Shown here piece after piece: positions 14,806 to 23,600 of a stretch of 49,531 bases of DNA. The stretch covers positions 1 through 49,531 of the forward strand of contig CAYZRL010000001.1 in assembly GCA_964480835.1 (NCBI GenBank). Reading direction: 5' to 3'. Position 1 is the stretch's first letter; every line of letters begins with the position of its first letter. The stretch comes from an uncultured Gammaproteobacteria bacterium (lineage in GTDB: Bacteria > Patescibacteriota > Microgenomatia > UBA1406 > GWC2-37-13). The position numbers and the translations under genes were made by a program. Under the pieces are notes generated by a model, which ran no database searches, had not been told where the DNA came from, and saw only the letters and a program-made list of their open reading frames with translations.

Positions 14806-15996
14806 ATGTCACAACTCAAAGATCATCGTGAAATCGGCCGTGAGATGGATCTCTTCTCGTTTCATGACGTTGCGCCTGGCGCCATGTTCTGGCATCATAA
14901 AGGCTACCTCATCTACAAGACGCTGGTTGAGTATCTGCGATCAAGTCTCAGACAGGCTGGCTATCAAGAAATATCGACTCCGGTTATGGTGAAAAGTAAA
15001 TTATTTCAGCGGTCGGGTCACTGGGATTTTTATAACGAGAACATGTTCAACCTAGATGTTGAGGACGAGTCATACTCGCTGAAACCGATGAACTGCCCCG
15101 GTGCTTGTCTCGTATTCTCAACAAAAACGCGAAGCTATCAAGATCTCCCCTTGCGGTTTTCTGACTTCGGCATTCTGCATCGAAACGAACTCTCAGGAGT
15201 TCTCGGCGGAGCTTTCCGAGTTCGACAGTTCACCATCGACGACGCGCACCATTTTGTGCGCCCAGATCAGATCAAGTCTGAAATTGAGTCGATTCTTCAT
15301 CTGGTAGGGGGTTTTTATCAGAAGCTCGGATTCACCCCGGAGTTCTTCCTCTCGACTAAGCCTGAAAAAGCAATGGGAGATCCAAAACTGTGGGAAGTCG
15401 CGGAGCAAGGATTGAAGGATGCACTCACCGATGCCGGAGTTACATTCGGAGTAAAGGATAAGGATGGAGCATTCTACGGGCCAAAAATTGATATCCAGAT
15501 CAAGGACTCGCAGGGTCGAGACTGGCAACTTGCGACGATCCAGCTTGATTTTCAGATTCCAGAACGGATGGAACTTGAGTATACCGACTCTGATGGCAAA
15601 CCACACCGACCGGTTATCGTTCATCGCGCCGTTCTTGGATCGGTTGAGCGCTTTATTGGTATTCTTACAGAACATACGCAGGGTAATTTTCCGTTCTGGC
15701 TTGCGCCGGTGCAGGTAGCGATTTTGCCGGTTTCTGAGAAGCATAACGACAAGGCGCAGGAAGCGCTCCAACGCCTCGCAGAGGCGCATATTCGCGTAGA
15801 GGTTAACCACGACGACAAGCCATTAGGCGCCAAAATACGCGAAACTACATTGCAAAAAGTGCCGTTTATGGTTATAATGGGGGATAAAGAACTGCAGGAA
15901 TCGGAACTCAGTGTTTCGGTTCGGAGCAGAGAAGGTAAAGATCTGGGTCTCATGAAAGTTACAGATTTTATTAAGACCCACCTAACATCTCTTTGA
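14806..15996 (+). CDS. thrS: threonyl-tRNA synthetase, catalytic core plus anticodon-binding domain only (no TGS or editing domains)
   Basis: It starts at DHREIGREMDLF, which is near residue 243 of E. coli ThrRS. Class II motifs are FRVRQFTIDDAH and GSVERFIGIL. It is 396 aa against the usual ~640 aa. Confidence 0.9.
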   Translation: MSQLKDHREIGREMDLFSFHDVAPGAMFWHHKGYLIYKTLVEYLRSSLRQAGYQEISTPVMVKSKLFQRSGHWDFYNENMFNLDVEDESYSLKPMNCPGACLVFSTKTRSYQDLPLRFSDFGILHRNELSGVLGGAFRVRQFTIDDAHHFVRPDQIKSEIESILHLVGGFYQKLGFTPEFFLSTKPEKAMGDPKLWEVAEQGLKDALTDAGVTFGVKDKDGAFYGPKIDIQIKDSQGRDWQLATIQLDFQIPERMELEYTDSDGKPHRPVIVHRAVLGSVERFIGILTEHTQGNFPFWLAPVQVAILPVSEKHNDKAQEALQRLAEAHIRVEVNHDDKPLGAKIRETTLQKVPFMVIMGDKELQESELSVSVRSREGKDLGLMKVTDFIKTHLTSL

Positions 15997-16526
15997 GAAC
16001 AAATCAGCCGCAACGACCTACTCACAAATTCTATACGATTAATCACCATATTAACGTATCGCCATTGCGAGTAGTTGACCAGGAAAGTAAGCAAGTTGGT
16101 TTAATCTCAAAAGAGGAAGCGATGCGAATCGCGCTTGAGCAGGAGGTTGATCTCGTTCTCATTGCGCCAAACGCAAAGCCACCGGTTGCAAAACTGATAG
16201 ATTTCAAGAAGTTTTTATACCAGGAGCAGAAGAAGCAGAAAGAGGCGAGAAAAGGGATCAAAAAGAGCATTGTAAAGGATATTAAGATTTCTTTGTTTAT
16301 TGCTGAAGGCGACGCTCAGCGCTTTGAGGAAAAAGCAAAGGAATTTTTGAGCGAAGGGAATCAGATTCGAATAAACCTGTCGCTCAAAGGTCGCGAGATG
16401 GGCAAGAAGGACATGGCACTTGCAAAGGTGAAGTCCTTCATCGCAGCGCTCGGTGAAGTGAATGTTTCAAAGGAGCCACGAATCGAAGGACGCGTGGTTC
16501 GCGCAGTTGTTTCACGCAAGAAATAA
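15993..16526 (+). CDS. infC: translation initiation factor IF-3, non-ATG start
   Basis: INVSPLRVVDQESKQVG... is a typical IF-3 N-domain, followed by the linker and C-domain. No in-frame ATG precedes the conserved N-domain. Candidate starts are TTG 15993 (overlapping the thrS stop), ATT 16038 and ATT 16050. Confidence 0.85.
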   Translation: MRTNQPQRPTHKFYTINHHINVSPLRVVDQESKQVGLISKEEAMRIALEQEVDLVLIAPNAKPPVAKLIDFKKFLYQEQKKQKEARKGIKKSIVKDIKISLFIAEGDAQRFEEKAKEFLSEGNQIRINLSLKGREMGKKDMALAKVKSFIAALGEVNVSKEPRIEGRVVRAVVSRKK

Positions 16527-16532
16527 TTATTC

Positions 16533-16609
16533 ATTACGCATTACGTATTACGGATTTAATTCGTAATCCGCAGTTCGTAATAATTAATAGAGCCATCCTG
16601 CACTGCAGG
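16533..16609 (+). promoter_or_regulatory. structured infC-rpmI leader: 3 x ATTACG direct repeats, 2 x CGTAAT inverted copies and a hairpin adjoining the rpmI ribosome-binding region
   Basis: ATTACG at 16533, 16540 and 16547. CGTAAT at 16562 and 16575. CCTGCA-C-TGCAGG at 16597-16609, ending 6 nt before ATG 16616. Confidence 0.4.
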
Positions 16610-16615
16610 GCATTT

Positions 16616-16822
16616 ATGAAAAAACAAACAAAGGTTCGTACAAGAAAAGCAGCGGCAAAGCGATTTAAGGTCACCAAAAGTGGCAAGGTGCTTCATCGCT
16701 CACACTACATTCGCCACAAGCGACATGCAAAAGGAAAAAAACGAACACGACGACTGAAGCTCATGAAGAAAACCGAGGGAGTTTTCGGACGAAAGATTAA
16801 ACAAATGTTAGGGCAAGCATAA
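16616..16822 (+). CDS. rpmI: 50S ribosomal protein L35
   Basis: 68 aa and highly basic. KAAAKRFKVTKSGKVLHR is typical of L35. Confidence 0.92.
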   Translation: MKKQTKVRTRKAAAKRFKVTKSGKVLHRSHYIRHKRHAKGKKRTRRLKLMKKTEGVFGRKIKQMLGQA

Positions 16823-16823
16823 T

Positions 16824-17165
16824 ATGAGAGTAAAATCTGGAACGCGCACCAAGCGACGTCATAAAAAATTACTGAAACAAGCCAAAGGGTATTGGCAAAG
16901 TAGAAGTAAACTATTTAAGAAGGCCTCTGAAGCGGTGCTTCATGCTGGTCAGTATGCATACGATGGACGAAAGATGAAAAAGCGAGACTTCCGATCGCTT
17001 TGGATTGTTCGTATCAACGCTGCGGTACGACCCGCAGGTCTTTCATACAGTGTCTTTATGCAAAAACTGAAGGCGAAGAACATTGGCCTTGACCGAAAAG
17101 TGCTCGCACAGATTGCCGCAGAGCATCCTACGGTTTTTCAGAAGATCGTCGACTCCGTAAAATAA
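16824..17165 (+). CDS. rplT: 50S ribosomal protein L20
   Basis: MRVKSGTRTKRRHKKLLKQAKGYWQSRSK...RKMKKRDFRSLWIVRINAA is canonical L20. Confidence 0.95.
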   Translation: MRVKSGTRTKRRHKKLLKQAKGYWQSRSKLFKKASEAVLHAGQYAYDGRKMKKRDFRSLWIVRINAAVRPAGLSYSVFMQKLKAKNIGLDRKVLAQIAAEHPTVFQKIVDSVK

Positions 17166-17262
17166 CAAGTCCTTCTCGCCTCCCAATCCGATTGAAATTC
17201 CGTACTCTTCTCCATATTCTCAGCGTTATATTCTCATTCCCGCGCAGGCGGGGATCCATTCA

Positions 17263-17544
17263 TCACAAGTTAGGATACATATCCGTCCATGACTTGTTAG
17301 ATGTTTCTATCAGACGAATCTTCCAAGATCTATTCCATTTTTTCAATTGCTTCTCTCTTGCTATAGCATCGCGAATGTCGGGAAAAGTCTCTACGTACAC
17401 AAGAGTGTGGACCTTATATTTTTTTGTGAATCCATCAATTAAATCGTTTTTATGTTCGTATACTCGCCGTTTCAATTCTCTCGTTGTTCCAACGTAGATT
17501 GTTCCGTTTTTCATACTCGCCAAAATATATACGTAGTAACTCAC
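17263..17544 (-). CDS. GIY-YIG (URI) nuclease-domain protein (UPF0213-like)
   Basis: YYVYILASMKNGTIYVGTT...L.RRVYEHK...E..LK carries the GIY...YIG...R...E core. It is 93 aa and on the strand opposite its ribosomal and aaRS neighbours. Confidence 0.8.
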   Translation of the reverse strand: MSYYVYILASMKNGTIYVGTTRELKRRVYEHKNDLIDGFTKKYKVHTLVYVETFPDIRDAIAREKQLKKWNRSWKIRLIETSNKSWTDMYPNL

Positions 17545-17597
17545 GATTTTATGATAACTGGATTCCCAATCAAGTTGGGAATGAGATGGGAGTTTAG

Positions 17598-17603
17598 TAT
17601 AAT
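17598..17603 (+). promoter_or_regulatory. -10 box (TATAAT) 6 nt upstream of the pheS ATG 17610
   Basis: Sequence reads TAGTATAAT-TCTTCC-ATG. Confidence 0.45.
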
Positions 17604-17609
17604 TCTTCC

Positions 17610-18638
17610 ATGGATATTACATCGGTACAGGCTTCGTTTGATGAGGCTGTGGTAGCTTGTGACTCACTAAAACAACTTGAGGAACTCGAAGTATCGTATC
17701 TAGGAAGAAACGGAAAAGCAAACGCACTTCTGCAGAGTATAAAAACGGTTCCCAATGAACAAAAGAAGTCATTTGGCTCTAACGTCAACGCCCTCAAGCA
17801 ACATATTATTGCCGGTATCGAACAGCAACGAACAAGTCTTTTTCAAAAAGAAGACGCTCGATCGGCGATCGACGTTACACTGCCGGGTACGCCGTATCCT
17901 GCAGGAAGTATCCAGATTACTACCTATGCAATGGAGGAAATTGAAAAAATATTTTCAAAAATTGGTTTCATACGTATGTCTTATCCTGAAGTTGACTGGG
18001 AGGAATTTGCGTTTGAAACACTCAACATGCCTACAAATCATCCTGCGCGAGATGATTTTGAGTCTTTTTTTATCGATTTTCCACCACATCCTAAATTTGG
18101 GAAAATGCTCCTCACTCCACATACCTCAAACGGACAGAATAGAGAAATGAGAAGATTGAAGAGTAGGCCACCTCTTCGCATGATTAATCTTACGAAAACG
18201 TACCGGCCAAACTGGGATGCTTCACACACCCCAATGTTCCATCAATTTGAGGGAATGTGTATCGATAGAGATATTAACATTACTCATCTGAAAGGTACAC
18301 TGGATTATTTTGTAAAAGAATTTTTTGGTCCCAAACGTGAAGCACGTATCCGACCGTATGACTTTCGATTCACCGAACCATCTTTTGAAACAGACGTGTC
18401 GTGTGGAATCTGTCTCGGTAAAGGCTGCAAAATGTGTAAAGATGGTTGGCTTGAGCTTGGTGGTGCAGGCATGATCCATCCTAATGTTCTTAAAGCCGGC
18501 GGCGTTGATTCCGATGAGTATTCTGGTTTTGCTTTCGGGTGGGGTGTCGAAAGAGTTATATCTATGAAGGAGGGTTCTCAAATCGATGATTTACGAATTG
18601 TTTATGGGGGTGACATTCGATTTTTGGAACAGTTTTAA
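17610..18638 (+). CDS. pheS: phenylalanyl-tRNA synthetase alpha subunit
   Basis: N-terminal coiled-coil arm. HPARDDFESFFI, FRFTEPSFE and AFGWGVERV are class II motifs. Length 342 aa. Confidence 0.93.
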   Translation: MDITSVQASFDEAVVACDSLKQLEELEVSYLGRNGKANALLQSIKTVPNEQKKSFGSNVNALKQHIIAGIEQQRTSLFQKEDARSAIDVTLPGTPYPAGSIQITTYAMEEIEKIFSKIGFIRMSYPEVDWEEFAFETLNMPTNHPARDDFESFFIDFPPHPKFGKMLLTPHTSNGQNREMRRLKSRPPLRMINLTKTYRPNWDASHTPMFHQFEGMCIDRDINITHLKGTLDYFVKEFFGPKREARIRPYDFRFTEPSFETDVSCGICLGKGCKMCKDGWLELGGAGMIHPNVLKAGGVDSDEYSGFAFGWGVERVISMKEGSQIDDLRIVYGGDIRFLEQF

Positions 18639-18644
18639 TCATAT

Positions 18645-20645
18645 ATGAACATCAAAATTACCTATAACTGGCTTCTCGAATATCTGGAGACCGATGCAGA
18701 TCCATATGAGATACAAAAATATCTCTCGCTCTGCGGCCCTGGTATTGAACGCGTTAATAAGATAGGGGAAGATTACGTCTTCGATATTGAGATCACCTCT
18801 AATCGTGTAGATATGGCATCGGTCTTTGGCATTGCACAAGAAGCACAGGCGATCTTGCCCCGCTTTGGTAAAAAAGCGAAGCTCAAGCAAAACCCACTTA
18901 CAGAACTTCGTTTTAAGTGGAAAGAGACGTTTAAAGGCACAGAGCTTCCGCTCAAACTTTCGGTCACCAATGCGTTATTTGCATCAAGGCTCGTTACCGT
19001 AGTTCTTTCAGACGTAGTCATAGGCCCATCGCCCAAGCTCATTCGCGACCGACTCGAGATGTGCGATGAACGATCGCTGAATAATGTCATCGATATCTCA
19101 AACTACATGCGCATTGCACTCGGGCAACCGTGCCACATCTTCGACTACGATGAGGTAAAAAAACATGAAATGATTGTTCGCGAAAGCCAAAAGGGAGAGG
19201 TGATAATAACCCTTGATAGAGAAAAGGTTACGCTTCCGGGAAAGGACATCGTGATCGCCGATGGTGACGGAAATCTTATCGATCAACCCGGAATTATGGG
19301 GGGCTTTAACTCCTCGGTAAAGAAAACAACAAAGAACATCGTGTTGTTTGTTCCGGTCTTTAACGGTGCTCTCGTTCGACGTACCGCAATGCTTACCGGA
19401 AAGCGAAGCAATGCGGTTGCGTACTTTGAGAAAAATATCGATGACGATCGCGCCGAATCCGCCACCATCTATGCCCTCAATCTGTTGAAGGAATATGCCG
19501 GCGCGAAACAAAGTTCCTCTATTCGGGACTATCATCCGAAGCCTACGGCAAAAGGAGTTGTTGAACTGAGCCACTCATTTATCGAGCGCCGAATAGGAGT
19601 AAAAATAAAACATGAGGAATGTAAAAAAATATTGGATAATCTTGGATTTCATACCTTATTCAATCTCAAGACCAACACCTATAAAATTTCGGTTCCGCCA
19701 CATCGTGTACGAGACATATCGATTCCTGAGGACATCGTTGAGGAAGTAGCGCGCATCTACGGATATCACAATCTTCCGAATAATCTCCCTCCAATGGTCT
19801 ATGTTCAACAACCAAAGTCTGAAGAACAATTATTTAGCATCCAGAAAAAAGTCAAGCTTTTCTTAAAACATACAGGTCTCCATGAATCGATGAACTACTC
19901 AATGGTCTCCAAAGAACTAATCGAGAGTATGAATCTCGATGTACGGCACCATCTCAGACTCGCCAATACCATCTCGGAAGAAATAGAGTATATGAGAACG
20001 TCGCTATTGCCATCACTCGTTAAAAACATTCGCGAGAATCAAGGAAAGAAAGATCCTCTGAGATTCTTTGAGATTGCAAAGGTCTACTATCCTCAGCCAA
20101 AGGAACTTCCAAAGGAGATCTACAAATTGGCAATTGCAACCAACACCTCATACGCAGATCTGAAGGGAATTGTAGAAGGTCTTTTGAGAGAACTGCACAT
20201 TGTCGACTACGAACTACAAAACACCAAAATTCATATTTTTTCTAAGAACGAGGTCATTGACTTTGCGAAAAATGGATCTGTCTTTGGGTCGATTGGTAAA
20301 CTATCGACCGAACTCCAACATAAAAATGGCTTAAAATCGCCGGCATACCTTGCGAGCTTTGATCTCCTCTCTCTGATCGAACTTAGTACAACAACGGTGC
20401 CGTATAAACCGATAAATCAATTCGCAACAATTAAGTTAGATCTCAATGTCTCAACCGATCATTCGTATCAGGAAATCGAACAACGAGCGCATCGATCGTC
20501 AAAGCTCCTGACACACCTTGAGTACTGTGGTACATATGGAGACCGGCACACGATTCGATTCTACTTCTCGTCTCGTGACAAGAATCTCACCGAGTCAGAA
20601 GCTCAACAAGAGCTCGCGCTGATTCAGACTGCACTCAGTAAATAA
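18645..20645 (+). CDS. pheT: phenylalanyl-tRNA synthetase beta subunit (short form; the B2 OB-fold tRNA-binding domain is apparently absent)
   Basis: The N-terminus is MNIKITYNWLLEYL. The sequence runs directly into FDIEITSNRVDMASVFGIAQE (TxNRxD motif). B5 is recognisable, and the C-terminal region I provisionally read as FDX-ACB-like. It is 666 aa against the usual ~800 aa. Confidence 0.9.
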   Translation: MNIKITYNWLLEYLETDADPYEIQKYLSLCGPGIERVNKIGEDYVFDIEITSNRVDMASVFGIAQEAQAILPRFGKKAKLKQNPLTELRFKWKETFKGTELPLKLSVTNALFASRLVTVVLSDVVIGPSPKLIRDRLEMCDERSLNNVIDISNYMRIALGQPCHIFDYDEVKKHEMIVRESQKGEVIITLDREKVTLPGKDIVIADGDGNLIDQPGIMGGFNSSVKKTTKNIVLFVPVFNGALVRRTAMLTGKRSNAVAYFEKNIDDDRAESATIYALNLLKEYAGAKQSSSIRDYHPKPTAKGVVELSHSFIERRIGVKIKHEECKKILDNLGFHTLFNLKTNTYKISVPPHRVRDISIPEDIVEEVARIYGYHNLPNNLPPMVYVQQPKSEEQLFSIQKKVKLFLKHTGLHESMNYSMVSKELIESMNLDVRHHLRLANTISEEIEYMRTSLLPSLVKNIRENQGKKDPLRFFEIAKVYYPQPKELPKEIYKLAIATNTSYADLKGIVEGLLRELHIVDYELQNTKIHIFSKNEVIDFAKNGSVFGSIGKLSTELQHKNGLKSPAYLASFDLLSLIELSTTTVPYKPINQFATIKLDLNVSTDHSYQEIEQRAHRSSKLLTHLEYCGTYGDRHTIRFYFSSRDKNLTESEAQQELALIQTALSK

Positions 20646-20664
20646 CCAGTCGGTAACTATTCCC

Positions 20665-23600
20665 TCAACAAACCTTCAATTTCTGCCCAGGATTAAGTGC
20701 ATCCGACGGGAGCTTGTTGAGCTGTATGATCTTCCGATAGAGCGTGCCATTTCCCAGGACTCGAGAGGCAATACCCCAGAGACTATCTCCTGGTCTAACG
20801 GTGTAGGTACATGAACTGAGTTTTTTAACTTTTGCTGTTGTGCCGAGTTTTGATGGTGTTCGCGCGCTTGCTGTTGAGTTGGAGAAAGTTGAGATAACTT
20901 GAGAGATGAAGTCTTTGTAGAATAACCGCGATCCTGATCGGGCTGTTGTGAACCTGATTGAGTTACTCCAGCTTCCTGGCTTACAACCTCGGCTCCCTCT
21001 CAGTTTGACAAAATAGGTTGTGTTCGGCTGTAGGTGAGTGATTTGGTACGCTAATACTCCTGAGGTATCAGAGTATGTAAGATCTGTTCCATACTCCTCA
21101 CTCCCTTCGGTTCGTCCAAACGCAAGATAGTAGTTATGAATATCTGAAATCGGGGAGAAGTACACGGTGGCTGAAGTCCTGGAAGTGGTGATCTGAAACA
21201 GATCTGGAACTGAACTCAATTCACGTTCGTTACAGGTGGGGGTATCGGTCGTAGACCGCTGGCCTTCAGGTCGAGGACCGGGTGGCCCTGAGGTAGGCGT
21301 TGGGGTTGGGGTTGGAGTATCTACCCAGTATGACCAGAGCTCGTAATTGTGCGTGTCGTCATACGCATTCAAGAGTAACTGAGTTGCACTCAAAATTTGT
21401 TGTGAGCGATCTTCGGCTACTTCAATGCTTGCGATAGGGACGGAAGAAAGGGGTATCGTGCCACTCGCCGTACCGTCGGTTTTCCAAAGCAGTCTATTAA
21501 AGTTGGTTGAGTCATACACGCTAAAAAGAAGATTTCCGCCTACCTCCCCGATAAGGTATATTGTCGTATCTGCACCTGCATAGTTTCTCGCAATGTCCTT
21601 AACCAACTGCGTTCCCTCGGTTGTACCATCGGTCGTCCAGAGCTGGTCATAGTCGGTAGCGGAGCCATCGTTTGCCCCAAAGAACAATCTACCATTATAC
21701 TCAACGGCTTCGCTCATACTTGGATTCGAGCTTCCTGCCCCGGCAGAAATATCTTTTACAAGCTGTGTTCCTTCCCCTGTTCCATCCGTCGTCCAGAGCT
21801 CATACCCGTTCGTATCATCATTTGCGGCGAAGTACACTTTCCCAGTGAATGACTTAAAGTCAGATATGTCGCTGACCGAGTTTCCAGCACTACTGATATT
21901 TGTTATCACATGGGTATTTCCCGAAGTGCCATCGCTATACCAAGGCTCATTGCCATATTCACCAAGAGTTACCGCAAACACGATGCCGTTTGGAAGGATT
22001 GCGGGTCGTATCGTGAGATCTATTTCGTATTGACCAATGCGAACCGTACCTTCGGTGGTTCCGTCTGTCTTCCATAGTCCAGTTCCACCGGCGTCGTTCC
22101 CGAAAAAATAGAGTTCGCTGTTGTATTCGATGAACTGAGGTCCATAGGAAATACTGATACCGTTAGCATCTGTGCCTGGGTAAATGTCTTTAATAAGGGT
22201 TGTTCCCGACTCGGTGCCATCTGTCCTCCAAAGCTCATAGGATGCTCCACTACCGTCATTTGCTGCGAAAATGATGACCCCGTTCAGATCGTAGAACCAG
22301 CCGAGATTGCTCGACTCTGCGCCGGGAAAGATGTCTTTTACCAGTATCGTTCCTGCCTCGGTACCATCGGACTTCCAGAGTTCCCCCCCATGAGACGAGT
22401 CACTGGCGGAAAAATACAATATATTCCCGCTGGCGAACATGCTCGACAGAAGTGAGCTTCCTGATCCCGAACTGATATCCTTGACCTGAGTGGTACCCGT
22501 TTCGGTACCATCGGTTACCCAGAGCTCCTGACCGTGCACCCCGTCGCTCGCGGTAAAGAAGAGTTTTCCGTTCATACGTGTGAACTTGCTCGATGACCAT
22601 CCGCTATAACCCGATGGAACTGAGAAGTCAGTTCCCGGATTGATATCCCTGATGAGTTGAAAGTGTTCATTTGAGGAAAGGTGTGGAACAATTGGAGATG
22701 GGGTTGGCGTGGGTGTTGGTGTCGGCGTTGGATCTGGCCCCTCGTAAGCAAAGGAAAGAGATTCCACGCTCGTCTTATATGCGATATAACCTTCGTCCTC
22801 GGAACCTAGTGCAAATCCCTGGTAACTTCCTGAGTACATCGTACCGTCAATCGACTGAACAGAAACAGCGCTGCAGGTGAGATTAGAACAGCTTGCATAT
22901 CTCAGATCATATTCGGGAGTGCGTTGATATGCGATTCGCGGGATATCATCACTTCGAAGTCGAAGCATGAGAATATTCCCGGCGTCTCCTAATGCCGAAA
23001 TTGTGGTAACGGTCGGGCTTGAACAGCTATCGTTACTGCAGACCGCAAGCTTTACATTTGGATATGAATGGTATGCTACTCTTACAAATCCATCAGAGCC
23101 AACTTGAAGAGAATTAAATTCGATGCCGTTGTCTATATCTCCAGTATCAAGAATGTTAGTAATTCGAGTAGAGCATGAATCGTTCGTACACTGCACATAT
23201 CGAAGTGTCGCATCGTCCCAGTTGGTATATGCGATACGTGCGTAACCATCATTGCCAAGTTGCATCGTCGAGTTGTCAGAGTATTCACTGCCGTCGATTG
23301 AGGTCTCTACCTTAGTACTACAGTCTGCTGATGTGCATTGAATGTATTGAACGTCACCGGTCACCACGTCCAGGTCGAGGTCGTACTGTTCTGAGAATGT
23401 GATTCGAGGGTATCCGTCTTGACCGATCGACAACGCTTGGGATCCAAACTCATGCTGACCGGTTGTAAGGTCAACCGAAGTATGTGAAGTACAGGTAGCA
23501 TTCCCGCAGATGAGGATCTTTAGAACATAGGACCAGTCATAGTACAGAATTCGTGAATTCCCGTCCTGTCCCTGTACAATAGCGTACGGCCCCGTTGCAA

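Noticed and set aside
15193-15810. A 205-aa minus-strand ORF inside thrS. Similar long antisense or out-of-frame ORFs occur elsewhere, for example 9734..10210, 18222..18581, 19098..19574, 27441..27896, 25712..26146 and 41296..41697.
   Set aside because: All are fully nested in or antisense to genes with strong motif support. They have odd, low-complexity or Arg/Ser-rich translations and no promoter or start context. They are shadow ORFs.
17239-17252. The GC hairpin CCCGC-GCAG-GCGGG considered as a bidirectional terminator between rplT and the GIY-YIG gene.
   Set aside because: The stem is only 5 bp and has no T-tract on either strand. That is too weak to report as a terminator feature, so it is mentioned only within the GIY-YIG finding.
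21270-22737. GGTGTTGG/GGGGTTGG-type DNA repeats, also present at 23947-23995 and (as the complement) at 37396-37440, considered as dispersed repetitive elements.
   Set aside because: They are the coding sequence of Pro-Thr linkers in different secreted proteins. They represent low-complexity coding, not mobile or regulatory repeats.
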